Virus record (IMG/VR): IMGVR_UViG_3300013232_000486
Reading direction: 5' to 3' (one strand)
Length of the DNA: 64,000 nucleotides
Source: a virus
Taxonomy: Duplodnaviria > Heunggongvirae > Uroviricota > Caudoviricetes
Part shown: positions 48,335 through 58,400 of the stretch, piece by piece
Layout of the letters: each line of letters opens with the position of its first letter
Position numbering within the stretch: the stretch's first letter is position 1
The notes under the pieces: model-generated
Database searches by the model: none
The model's input: only the letters and a program-made list of their open reading frames with translations
Told to the model about the DNA's origin: nothing
Program-made: the position numbers and the translations under genes

Positions 48335-49696
48335 TCACTTCGCTCCAACAGAGAACCGAAGACCAGATAATAGCCAATGCGCCAAAACAGGAGTCGCCGC
48401 GCTTTCTTCTTCTGGCATCTCGACCTTGCCCATCTGCTTGTTGACGTTGTCGATGATGATCTTGACGGCCTTCGCCACCTGGTTACGACGCCTCTTCATG
48501 TCTTCCCCAGTGGCACGCCACAAGGCCAGATACTGCGGAGCAGACTTCGACTCGTAACCATAATGCTTCAGAACAATGTACGACACCGTTTCCGCGTCGA
48601 TCTCTTTAGCTTGGCGTTCTTCTTTGATTGGAGTGACTTGGTCTTCCTCGCGATGAAGTATTTCGTGTGCTAACTCATGGATCAACGTACCAAATCTGTT
48701 AAGCCCTTGATATAGCTGATTAACGACAACGTTCTTTCCAGAGGAATAACCCCCGAGCTGTTCCTCAAGAACCTTCTCCAAGTCCACCTTGATATCAACT
48801 TGATGGGCAAACCTTGAAGCCGCCTCGGTCAGAGCCTCAATGTGATCTTGCTTTTCGTTGTCATCAATCTTCAAAGAAGGCGGTACGAATGGGCCATTGC
48901 CCTCTTTGTCTTTCCAACCTGGGATAGGATCAGTCGCGCTGATGTCGTAAACCTTAACGGGAACAAAGTACATTCGCGTACTCTCTGCTTCCGCTGGAGA
49001 ATTCTCCATGTCTGGGTGATCATTGTACTTCTTGTCTGGCGCCTTGACCTTGGCCATACGAGGAGCCAAAATAGAAATAGCATCGTCCCACCTGGTTACT
49101 TGACGACCTTTCTCAAGCCATGCCTTGTACCCTGAAACATAAGTGGCGCTTGGTTTTTGTACCCAGATCAATATCTGGTTTCCCATAGAGTAGTTCCAGA
49201 ACTTCGATGCAAACTGGAGGAACGCCTTGACTACGGCATCCTTGGCATGCGTGTCCACCATGGCCGCCAGCTTGTCCAGCTCCCTGTCCACGACCTCAAG
49301 GATATTCTTCACTCCGCCAGCAGTTGCCCCAGACTGCATGGCGATCTCAACGGCCTTCTTCATCTGCGCCAGCGTGGCGTCTAATTCACCGGCCTCCGTC
49401 TGCTTTTCGGCTGGCTGAACTTGCGATGGTTGCTGTTGCACGGGGACTGGCTCTTGGCTCGCCTGGTCAAGAGGAGACGTGTCTATCCCAAGCGCATCAA
49501 GTTGTGGCCTCAGGCTGTTGGCCTTGTCCAGGAAGATGCTCCATGTTCCCTTGAAATACTTGAACCCCATCCCGCTCAACTTGTCCTTGATGGGGAACGT
49601 GTTCCCCATAACATTGAAGAACTTGTTGCCCTTCGGACTAGTGGTTATGACAGATTGCAGAGTGGGCGCATTCGCAAACTTAGTGAACCAACGCAT
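48335..49696 (-). CDS. ArdC-like anti-restriction protein (ssDNA-binding domain plus zincin HExxH domain) with N-terminal MRWFTKFA motif
   Basis: FWNYSMGNQILI...ATYVSGYKAW..GRQV, VYDISAT, HELAHEILH, EIDAETVSY. Confidence 0.85.
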   Translation of the reverse strand: MRWFTKFANAPTLQSVITTSPKGNKFFNVMGNTFPIKDKLSGMGFKYFKGTWSIFLDKANSLRPQLDALGIDTSPLDQASQEPVPVQQQPSQVQPAEKQTEAGELDATLAQMKKAVEIAMQSGATAGGVKNILEVVDRELDKLAAMVDTHAKDAVVKAFLQFASKFWNYSMGNQILIWVQKPSATYVSGYKAWLEKGRQVTRWDDAISILAPRMAKVKAPDKKYNDHPDMENSPAEAESTRMYFVPVKVYDISATDPIPGWKDKEGNGPFVPPSLKIDDNEKQDHIEALTEAASRFAHQVDIKVDLEKVLEEQLGGYSSGKNVVVNQLYQGLNRFGTLIHELAHEILHREEDQVTPIKEERQAKEIDAETVSYIVLKHYGYESKSAPQYLALWRATGEDMKRRRNQVAKAVKIIIDNVNKQMGKVEMPEEESAATPVLAHWLLSGLRFSVGAK

Positions 49697-50067
49697 CAGA
49701 TCCGCTCCTTGTACTCTTTCACCGTCACAAACCTATGGTTATCAAGCAGTGTCACGCCGAATAACTCATGGATAAGCACGTAGTATCTGAAGAACTCTTT
49801 TTCTTCCACCATCTTCCTGTCAACGAGAAGGCTGTACACCTCGTCCTTTCCAAGTTCTGGCTCGGACTTGAAATCAAGGACGAGCCCGTGATTTACGTTC
49901 CACAGTATCGCCACGTACCCGTCCAGAATCCTCTGGCTGAAGTATGGGCGAGACCGTGGTATCGAGAGAAGCTTGTTGATGACCTCAACGCAAGAACCCA
50001 GAGGCTCTACACGTACTTCCATAGAGCCAAGACGCGGCAACTCCTCTGGCTTCCAGAAGGTCAGCAT
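49696..50067 (-). CDS. Hypothetical protein (123 aa)
   Basis: GGAGG RBS; TGATG coupling. Confidence 0.7.
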   Translation of the reverse strand: MLTFWKPEELPRLGSMEVRVEPLGSCVEVINKLLSIPRSRPYFSQRILDGYVAILWNVNHGLVLDFKSEPELGKDEVYSLLVDRKMVEEKEFFRYYVLIHELFGVTLLDNHRFVTVKEYKERI

Positions 50068-50085
50068 GTTGCTTCCTCCACCTCA

Positions 50086-50114
50086 TAGTTCGGTGGAGAA
50101 AGCCGAGTTACCTT
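50086..50114 (-). promoter_or_regulatory. Putative phage late promoter (AAGGT-N17-CGAAC)
   Basis: AAGGT aactcggctttctccac CGAACTA. Confidence 0.6.
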
Positions 50115-50117
50115 GGG

Positions 50118-51152
50118 CTAGTACAGTTCGCCAGAAGCCATCATAGACTTGCATACCTCAATATGCTCAGGCAAAAACCGAGGCTTACCCTTGTCAGAAG
50201 CCCGATAACAAGGCAGCTTGCCTGACTTTACCAGGTGAGCCAAACGTTGGTAGTCAACACCTAGTTTCTGGGCCACCTCGCTCATCCTCATCGAGGAAAG
50301 ACGCCACTCTGGAAGCTTGAACTTGTAGTCGTAGCACTTGACAGGAGACTCGTTTCCAATGAAACTGAAGAAGGCTGGAATGCCTTTGGCGTCAACCATG
50401 ATGCGATTGTCATTGTTCCTATGGCAAGCAATGCCTTTCTCGCATAGCTTGGCCGCGAGGAATTCGACGCGCTCTGGCAAGAAGCTGTCCGTGGAGATCC
50501 TCAGCATCACCGTGTTAACCTTCTTGTCAATGATGAGAGATCCGTCTCCCAAGTACCAGAGCATGACCGAGGTTGGCGTAAGCCGTACGTCGTCTGGCGG
50601 GTTCTTGTCCCGCTTCCCTTTCGACTCCACGAAAGGATACCATCGAAGGTATTGCTGGTAGAGGTCGGGATGGAATGAGGTCATACCTTGCCATACAAAT
50701 CCTTGATTCATTGAACTATGCTCGTACTTCGACCATACAGCTTGATACTTTCCAAACAAAGACATCATGTATGAGCAAAACTCTTGGTACTCAACACCAC
50801 AAGTTAACCTTGCTGCTGTGTTTTTAGTATTTGGGCCGAGACTACCGTCACCTAGTATGAATCCATCAATCATCTCGATCAACTGTTCATTGATCAACGA
50901 TTTGCCCCATTCTAGTGGGTCTTCATGGATAATTTGAAGTCTTGCTTCTGTCGCCGTTCTTCCAAGACCATGTTTTTTTGCGTATTTGCAAAGAGTACCA
51001 ACTGCAATATTTAGTCCTTGAGCTCTAAGCATTTCTCTCAAAGACGGGTATGACATTTTTTGTTCGATATAGTACTTTTCAAAAAACTCCTTCGTAAGAA
51101 GGTTATCGTAATGCGGTTGCTCTCTCATTCTCTGTCTCCTTGTAAATGACAC
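50118..51152 (-). mobile_element. Free-standing two-motif LAGLIDADG homing endonuclease with C-terminal HTH
   Basis: DGFILGDG and WYLGDG motifs; YDYKF; MerR/excisionase-like HTH (MSEVAQKLGV). Confidence 0.85.
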
Positions 51153-51210
51153 TCAAAGTCGAGCTGTCTTATTTACATCTACAAAGAGATTATACATGAT
51201 TCCTTAGATA

Positions 51211-51250
51211 AAACAAGAGGCGTCCGAGATTTCTCGGACGCCCTCGTTTT
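51211..51250 (-). terminator. Rho-independent terminator after the major capsid gene
   Basis: Perfect 10-bp stem GGCGTCCGAG-ATTT-CTCGGACGCC (51219-51242) with T-rich tails on both strands. Confidence 0.85.
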
Positions 51251-51277
51251 CTGGCTTAGTTGTACTATGAGTCTTGG

Positions 51278-52138
51278 TTACGACCCGCTGGTCACGTTGA
51301 TGCGTGCAACCGCGTAGTCATTGATTACTACGATTCCAACTTCCTCGTAGATAACCCAACCGAGCCTCAACTTTTTCGGATCGTCCGCTGGGAGAACCGT
51401 GATGTCCTGGCGCACTGGGAACGCACCAACGTATTCGGCTGGGGCAGTGAGAAGGACAGTGGTCGTCGGCATCCTGGAGGACACATGGATGTCGGCGGTC
51501 CAGAGGTGACCGAACAGCCCGCTCGTGAGGACTTCGCGCTGCGTGGCCTCGTCGTACACCGTCTTGCCGAAGTTACGGACGTCGGCATAGCGCTGAGCGT
51601 GCATGACGATCTTGGCGACCGTGAGGTCGTGCGACTCGATCGTGGCGAACGCCTGGTTGAGGGCCGTCAGGGACAGCGCTCCGCCAGTCGCGGCGACCGT
51701 ATGGGCTCCGTTTACAGCAGCCAACAGGCAGGTGAAGATATTTGTATCTTCTTCCTTCTGGATGGCTTCTTTGGCCTTGATCTGGGCGCGGTCGACGATG
51801 AAGAATCGGCGAGCCTTGATTTCGCTGAGGCGAACCTGTGGGTTCGTTGCGATTTCGAAGGTCGGGACGATGACCTCTTCGCCTTCCTGGATCTCATCAG
51901 GCACAGCGCCGCGGCGAGAAATGACGTGAGCAACTGCGCGGACGTCACGCTCGTATCGGGCCATTGCGCCCTGTGGCAGCTCGTCGATCATGAGCAGCTT
52001 TCGGCCAACAGCTTGGTACTCGAGGGCTCGGCGGATCGGCTGGACCATTGCCTGGGCCAACGCGGTGCGGCCTTCCTCGGTTTCGAATGCCTGAGCGATC
52101 AGCTCCTGGCGTTCCGTGTCATTGTTCTTGGTGAACAT
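51278..52138 (-). CDS. Major capsid protein (HK97-type fold)
   Basis: GRTALAQAMVQPIRRALEYQAVGRK...FEIATNP...FGHLWTADI; strong codon bias; AGGAG RBS; terminator downstream. Confidence 0.9.
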   Translation of the reverse strand: MFTKNNDTERQELIAQAFETEEGRTALAQAMVQPIRRALEYQAVGRKLLMIDELPQGAMARYERDVRAVAHVISRRGAVPDEIQEGEEVIVPTFEIATNPQVRLSEIKARRFFIVDRAQIKAKEAIQKEEDTNIFTCLLAAVNGAHTVAATGGALSLTALNQAFATIESHDLTVAKIVMHAQRYADVRNFGKTVYDEATQREVLTSGLFGHLWTADIHVSSRMPTTTVLLTAPAEYVGAFPVRQDITVLPADDPKKLRLGWVIYEEVGIVVINDYAVARINVTSGS

Positions 52139-52193
52139 CTTTTTTCTCCTTTTGCCGACGCCTGCGTTTCAGGTCGTCTTTAGCTTACGAGAC

Positions 52194-52724
52194 TTAGACT
52201 ACGAGCTTGAACTCGAAGTAGTTACCGAGGGACATCGAGCCGACCGCAAGGTCAACACCCGGGACGCCCGAGTCGTAGGCGCCGATCGCCTTCGTGCAGT
52301 AGCCGATGATCTGGCCGCTGGTCGACGGGGTGGTCGTCCACTTGCCGTTCGCTCCGACATAGAGAGGATCGTTGACCGCTGGGGTCTGGCCGACCTCGAC
52401 CATGTTGGTCGCGTACGTTCCGAGCTGGTACACCGTCATCCTGCCGCTGGCCTTCGTCTCGTCGAAGGTGTCGGAGATGCGGTTGACGAACTGCTGCGAC
52501 TCGGCTGGGGCTCCGATGACCGCGTTGTTCGTCACTGGGATCGCGCTGGTGGAAATCGACTTGGTGTCACCGGCTACGCCGATGCACAACTCGCCGCTCG
52601 CGCCAGTCGCCTTGACGACTTCGCCACTAGAATTCAGCTTGACGAGCATCCCTTCCAGGATTTCTTCGCCCGTGTGGACTGGATAGTGGTTAGCGACAAC
52701 CACAAATTTCTCGATTAGGGCCAT
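52194..52724 (-). CDS. Head decoration/capsid cement protein
   Basis: GMLVKLNSSGEVVKA...GVAGD...DPLYVGANGKWT; immediately upstream of the capsid gene. Confidence 0.75.
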   Translation of the reverse strand: MALIEKFVVVANHYPVHTGEEILEGMLVKLNSSGEVVKATGASGELCIGVAGDTKSISTSAIPVTNNAVIGAPAESQQFVNRISDTFDETKASGRMTVYQLGTYATNMVEVGQTPAVNDPLYVGANGKWTTTPSTSGQIIGYCTKAIGAYDSGVPGVDLAVGSMSLGNYFEFKLVV

Positions 52725-52779
52725 CTTACTCTCTCCTTGATCGTTGCCTTATTGTCTCTGACATCTCGCTTCAACTTTT

Positions 52780-52808
52780 TAGTTGCAGTGCAGTCAGAGA
52801 TTTTCCTT
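52780..52808 (-). promoter_or_regulatory. Putative phage late promoter (AAGGA-N17-GCAAC)
   Basis: AAGGA aaatctctgactgcact GCAACTA upstream of the decoration and capsid genes. Confidence 0.55.
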
Positions 52809-52827
52809 CATCATTTTTTCAGTTTTC

Positions 52828-55386
52828 TTACTTTCCGTTCTTCATGGCGTCATAGTCATTGCACTTCTGCGTCAGCGTGAAGCTGTCCGCCAAGCGCTGC
52901 GTGAGGTCGGCAGTTCCGGTCTTCGAAGAGATTACGACTGGCAGTCCAAGGCCGACTTCTTTCGAAGCAACCTTTTTCTGCATAGCCTCAGCCGCCTTTG
53001 CGACGCGCTCGCGGGACTTCTTCGTGCTCATCGCGAGTTGCTGGATCGCCTGGATCGGCATGGAGGCAACCTTTTCTAGCGTTTCGTTGTATTCGTTCTC
53101 GTTGATTTCGTTGTTGCGGAGCAAGTCTGCCACGTAGATGCTCGCTGCCTTCAGGCGAGCCTCGCGGAGCTTCGCTTCGTTCTGCTGCGCGATGATCGTT
53201 CCCTTGATCATCGTGTTCGTGTCGGAGTCTTCGCTCGGGACCTTGAACTCGCCCTTCGGGAGTTCCTCGTCCTTGCCCATTACGCTCTTCTCTCCGCCAC
53301 TGGTCTTCTCTGGGCTCGCGGCCTTGAAGTTCTCTTCCGCTCCCATTCCCTTGCCGCCGTCCATGACCGTCTTGTCCTTGGCATCAAAGTTGCCTTCCGA
53401 GATCGGGCCGTTCTTGAGGGCCTTGTCTGCGGCTTGCTTGACTTCCTTGGTGGACGAAGCGGAGGTGTCTGGCTTCTTCTCGGCGTCGTTCGTGAACTTC
53501 TCGGCCTCAAGCTTCGCGGTGTCGGTCTTGGTCTGGCCTTCATCGTTCTTCGGGGCCTGCTTGCCTTCCTTGGTCGCCTTGTCGTCTTCTGGCTTCTTCT
53601 CTGCGTCGTTCGTGAAGTCTTTGGCTTCCTTGGCGGACGTGTCCGTCTTGGTCTCGTCCTTGTCAGACTTCTCGGCGGTCTTCACGGCCTTCAGGAGGCC
53701 ATTCGCGAACTTCTGGACGTCGCCTTCCCAAGCAACCTCTTCGACTGCCTTGATCATCTTCTCGGATGGCTTGCTGGCGATGGTGACCTTGGCCATGAAA
53801 GACTTGCCTTCTGGGGTCTTGAACGCCACGCCTTTCGGGGTGATGGTAGCTTGGACGTGGTTCTTGGAGGACGCGAACTTCTTGTATGCAGCGAGGGCAG
53901 CCTTGGCGAACTTCGCGCCGTCGCCTTCGTACTTGATCTCGGCGATCTGCTTGGCAACCTCTTCGGCATGCTCCTTCTTGATCTCGGCCTTGGCGAGGAA
54001 CTTCTTCCCCTCTGGGGTCTCGATCATGATGCCCTTTGGAGTCACGGTTGCGATGACGGTACCCTTGGTCGACACGTCTCCGCCAGTCAACTCTTCTCCG
54101 CCGATCGGAGCGCTACCCGCTGGGACGCTCGGCTTTCCTTCTGGGAAGGACTCGTCCTTGCCGATGATGCTCTTGCTTCCGCCGCTCACGTCGGACTTGT
54201 CGACGGTCTTGGCGTCAAACTTCTGCTCGGCGCCCATCGTCTTGTTGTCGTTCATCTTGTTGTCGCCAGCGGCATGCCCCTCAGTCTTGAGGTTGCCATC
54301 AGCAACTGGCTTCGGATCTTCGACTTGCTTGCTCTTCTCGGAAATTGGCTTGTTGCCAGAGCCGAACTCAGGATAAGCCACCTTGACTTGTATTCCTTTC
54401 ACGGAAGCCTCCTTGTTCTCTGGCTTTTGTTCGGCGGCCTTTGGCTCAGCCTTCTTGGCTGGAACCTTTTCTTTCACGCCTTCTGGGGTTTGCGCTGGCG
54501 CTGGCTTGCTTTCAACGACATGCTCTTCCTTCTCAGCTTCTGGCTCGCCTGGAACGACCTCTTCCTTTGGTTCCTCGGACAACTCGGTCACTTCCTCGGT
54601 TGGCTCTTTGGCTGGCTCTTCGGCTGGAGGACCGACTGGCTCCTCTGGAACCACTTCGTCTTCCACCGTTTCCATCTCAAGGCTTGGCTCGCCAAGACCT
54701 GGCTCTCCAAGTCCGCCCTCTGCTGGCGGGGCCTGAACTTCGAGGGCCGACTTCAACTCTTGGGCCACGTCTGCTGGGATGGAGATCTCAACCATCTCTC
54801 CGCCTGGCAGTCCTTCTCCTGTGAGTCCCTCGCCAGGAAGGCCTTCACCAAGCGGCTTCTCTGCACCGAGAGGCTCAACAACCAATCCTTCGACTGGAGG
54901 AGCGGACGGCTCGCCAAGAGGATCTCCGCCGAGAGGTTTCTCTTCAATGCCAAGGGCCTCGTCCATGACTGGCTCCTTCTGAAGTTGTTCTTCTTGGTCG
55001 ACTTCATCGGACAAGGTGTTGATTTCGTCCGAGAGGACGTCTGGCATGGCGTAGGCGTGGAGGTATCCAGCGATGTTGCTCGCCGCCTTCGCCTCGAAGC
55101 CCATCTTTCCGATTGCCTTGACGGCCTCGTCGCTGTCGTCCTTCTCCATGAAGGAACCCGCCAGCTTCTCAGCAAGGCGGACGACCTTTTTCTCGTTCTT
55201 CGCGAACCTGTTGGAGACGTTGTCCCAACGATCCGAGAGTTCCTTGCAAACGCAGTCGCAAAGAGGGGCTCCCTTACATGGTCCGCTCAAGGCTACGGCT
55301 TCCAGGCCGTATCTTCGGGCAATGCGCTCCCTACAACTTTCGATCGGGAACTTGTTCGAATCCGAAGTGGAGTTTGGAACTGGCAT
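52828..55386 (-). CDS. Scaffold-like head protein (852 aa) with internal repeats
   Basis: E/P/K/A-rich low-complexity protein between the protease and capsid genes; Cys-rich N-terminus. Confidence 0.65.
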   Translation of the reverse strand: MPVPNSTSDSNKFPIESCRERIARRYGLEAVALSGPCKGAPLCDCVCKELSDRWDNVSNRFAKNEKKVVRLAEKLAGSFMEKDDSDEAVKAIGKMGFEAKAASNIAGYLHAYAMPDVLSDEINTLSDEVDQEEQLQKEPVMDEALGIEEKPLGGDPLGEPSAPPVEGLVVEPLGAEKPLGEGLPGEGLTGEGLPGGEMVEISIPADVAQELKSALEVQAPPAEGGLGEPGLGEPSLEMETVEDEVVPEEPVGPPAEEPAKEPTEEVTELSEEPKEEVVPGEPEAEKEEHVVESKPAPAQTPEGVKEKVPAKKAEPKAAEQKPENKEASVKGIQVKVAYPEFGSGNKPISEKSKQVEDPKPVADGNLKTEGHAAGDNKMNDNKTMGAEQKFDAKTVDKSDVSGGSKSIIGKDESFPEGKPSVPAGSAPIGGEELTGGDVSTKGTVIATVTPKGIMIETPEGKKFLAKAEIKKEHAEEVAKQIAEIKYEGDGAKFAKAALAAYKKFASSKNHVQATITPKGVAFKTPEGKSFMAKVTIASKPSEKMIKAVEEVAWEGDVQKFANGLLKAVKTAEKSDKDETKTDTSAKEAKDFTNDAEKKPEDDKATKEGKQAPKNDEGQTKTDTAKLEAEKFTNDAEKKPDTSASSTKEVKQAADKALKNGPISEGNFDAKDKTVMDGGKGMGAEENFKAASPEKTSGGEKSVMGKDEELPKGEFKVPSEDSDTNTMIKGTIIAQQNEAKLREARLKAASIYVADLLRNNEINENEYNETLEKVASMPIQAIQQLAMSTKKSRERVAKAAEAMQKKVASKEVGLGLPVVISSKTGTADLTQRLADSFTLTQKCNDYDAMKNGK

Positions 55387-55415
55387 TTCTTTTCTCCTAT
55401 GACCTGGCGTTTCGT

Positions 55416-58400
55416 TTAGTCCAAGAGCCCCTTCTTCAGAAGCTCATCGATCATCTTGGCTTTTTGTTCTAGGTTGGCCTTCTTGAACTGCTCCGTCATG
55501 CCCTTGAACGCCAGGGCCTTCTCGAGCTTCTCAGCCTTGGCCGAGGTCTCGACCATCTTCTGCGCCTGCTTCTCGGCCATCTTCTTGACACCGAGGTCAT
55601 TCCACTCGACGCGGGCGAGGATCGACTTCTGGTCGTTCTCGTCTACGAAGATGTCAACCTTGTGGCTGTTTCCGCAGTTCTGGCAGTTGCCACGTCCGGC
55701 TCCCTGCTTCAGGGCGAGCTTCACCTTGTCGGATCCGCAAGTCGGGCAGAACGAGCCGATTGGCTTGTTGTTGGCCTTCTTGACCATTTCTGGAGTGACC
55801 TTGAAGCTGGCGGCAACGCCGACTTGTGGCATTTCAAGACCTGGGCCACCGCCCATCTCGCCGATGCCTTCTGGCTCCGCGCCGATCTCTTCTCCGCCCT
55901 CTTCGCCCATCTCAGGACCCTTCTGGGTCAACGCTCCCGGCCACTTGAGCATGTCGATCTTGACCGTGATGGTTCCCTTGGCTCCGCAACCGTTGCACTG
56001 GATCTCGCCGTTCTCGGCGTCAACGTCCTTGGATCCGCATGCTGGGCAAATCGAGCCAGGAGGCTGGGCCTCTCCGCCCTCTTCCTTGCCTTCTGGAGCA
56101 ACTTCATCTGGGGCTGGGGCGCTGAGCGCTCCAACTGGTGGCATTCCCGCGCCCGTCGGGTCGCCCATCGGGGCCGCTGGCATCGTGGTTCCGCCACCGC
56201 CCATTGGGTCTCCGCCCGGAGCCGCTGGCATTCCGCCGCCACCTGGGGTCTGGGCGACTACTTTGCGGCGGGCTTCCTTGCGGACCTTGAGTTCCTCAGC
56301 CGCGTACGCCTTCTTCTCTTCCTCGCTCATCTTGGAAGCGAGAACGGACACCTTCGCGGTCTTCTCTTCAACGGCCACGCTGACCGTCTTGGTGACCTTC
56401 ATGCCATGGCTTCCAGCAACCTTCGTGGCGAGTTCGAACGCAGCCTTCGCGAACGCGTCCTTATCCTTCTGGTCAACCTTGATGTCTGCGACTGGAAGGT
56501 CGACGCGAACCGTCTCTTCGGACTCTTCGTTAATGGCCTCGGCGAGGAAGTCGGACGCGGACGCCTCGACGACCTTGGCCTTCGGCTCTTGTTCCTTCTT
56601 GACTTCCTCGGTGATGACTGCGGCGGCGTTCGCCTTGCGGGCGACGGTTGCCAACACGGTCATTCCGACGTCGGCCACGAAGCCCTTGTCGGCCAACGAG
56701 CCGAGCAAGTATTCCTTGACTTCCTCAACCGACGTGTTGAGCTTGCTTCCATGGTAAGAAGCCCTACGAAGCATCTGCTCGCGGGACTCTGCCTTGCCAG
56801 CCGACTTCTCGATCATCTCGCCGTTCTTGACGGACGCCGATGGGCTGGAGGTCATGGCGATCGCCATTCCAACCAACTCTTCTGGGGTCGCGCCAGTGGC
56901 GATGACGGTCTTCGCCAGCGCGTTGTTCACGGCGGCGATGGCCAGCTTGGCGTCTTCCTTCGAGGCAATCCTGCGGCCCCAAGGAGCGTCCTGGTCCTTC
57001 AACTGTTTCTCGGTGATCGCTTCCTTCGGCTCGGTCTCTCCGCCGCGATGCTGGTCAAGCTGCTTCTCTGGGAGAGTTTCAAGCTGATCGGCGACACCCT
57101 TGGCATAGCTTTGGTCGGCCGGGGTCACATTGCCCTTGATGCCCTTGTTCCTGAGCTGGAGTTCCTGCGTCTCCTTGACTTCGGAACCTTGGCGGTCGAA
57201 CTGCTTGTCGGGGACCGAGCGCAACTGCTTCTCGGTGATTTCCTCGGCGACCTTGTCGTTACGCGCATGCTTGTCGTAGCCATCGCGTTTCGTCTCGAGC
57301 TGGTCTTCCGTGATGTTCTCGCGGACGTCTTTCTCTCGTGGGTGGAGCGGGAGGCGCTGCGACTCCAACTGGGCCTCCATGGTCTGCTGCTGTTGGGCTG
57401 CGGTATCCGTCGGGGCCTTTGCGGCCTCCACGGTATTGAAGCGCAGCTTCAAGCCGTCGAGCATGTGGCTCGCGTACTCGTGCGGGTTTGCCTTGATCCC
57501 GTCGCGGATGTCTTGGTCTTGATCGGCGATCTTGAGGCTGGCGATCTTCTGCCCGCCGCGCAATCCGATGACCTCGTCCTTTCCGACGACGATCTTGAAG
57601 TCCCCTTCGGAGACTTCGGTTGTGTACTGGCGAACCGAGGGATTGCCCCAAATGGTGGCCAGCTTGCGGATCGTTTCCTGCGTCTTGTCGCTACCCACGT
57701 TTCGTAGTCCTCCAGTATGTTCCTTCGTTTCGTTGGAAATCTTCTGTACCAAATCTCTTAAATCCTTTACGGAAGCGGAGAATTTGGACATGGCCGTGCT
57801 TGACGCGGCCATTGGTTCCGTGATTTTTCCGACACCAGCGCCACCTGGAGCGGCCTCTGCCGCTGGTGGCATCGCGCCCGTCTGAGGGGCTGTCTCTGGT
57901 ATTGGTGGTACTTGTGGCTGGGCGGCTGCGGCTTGAGTTTCTGGACCCACGTTTCCGTACCCCTGATCAACTAGTTCGTCCACTTGGTGTTGAAGCTCAG
58001 CGAGGATCTCGCCGAGCTTCTGCATGAACTCCAAGTCAATGAACTGACGCTGTCCCAGCATTGACTGGATCACACCCGTTACCAGGTCCATCGCCTCGTT
58101 AAGGTCCTGAAGCTCTTGTTGACCAGCCTCTTTGAGGATGGCCCCCGTGGCGACGAGCCTATTTATGTTATTTGCAGCGGCTTTCTGTAGTTCCTCTTTG
58201 GCAATTTGGAAATCTTCTGGGTCAACCAACTCTCTGATCGTGCAATCCTCACACGCTCCGTCCGTGACGATGGAGAGTTCTATGAACTTGAGACCGTAGT
58301 TGCGCTCGAACACTGGCTTGCCGTCGACATGGCGGCCCTTCATGTTCTTGATGTGGGCGCAGTACGTGTCGGCGGTCTGGGCTTTGTTGCCGCAGATGGA

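Noticed and set aside
51260-52718. Plus-strand ORFs of 307 and 200 aa opposite the capsid and decoration genes
   Set aside because: Shadow ORFs; the minus strand carries the recognisable genes with RBS and terminator.
53460-53660. Direct DNA repeats (tctggcttcttctc.gcgtcgttcgtgaa) as a possible CRISPR array
   Set aside because: Only two in-frame copies encoding a protein repeat; no spacer array or cas genes.
53138-57707. Very long plus-strand ORFs (412, 661, 433 and 681 aa) opposite the scaffold and protease genes
   Set aside because: Antisense shadows of strongly biased codon usage; L/G/F/S-rich translations with no motifs or RBS.
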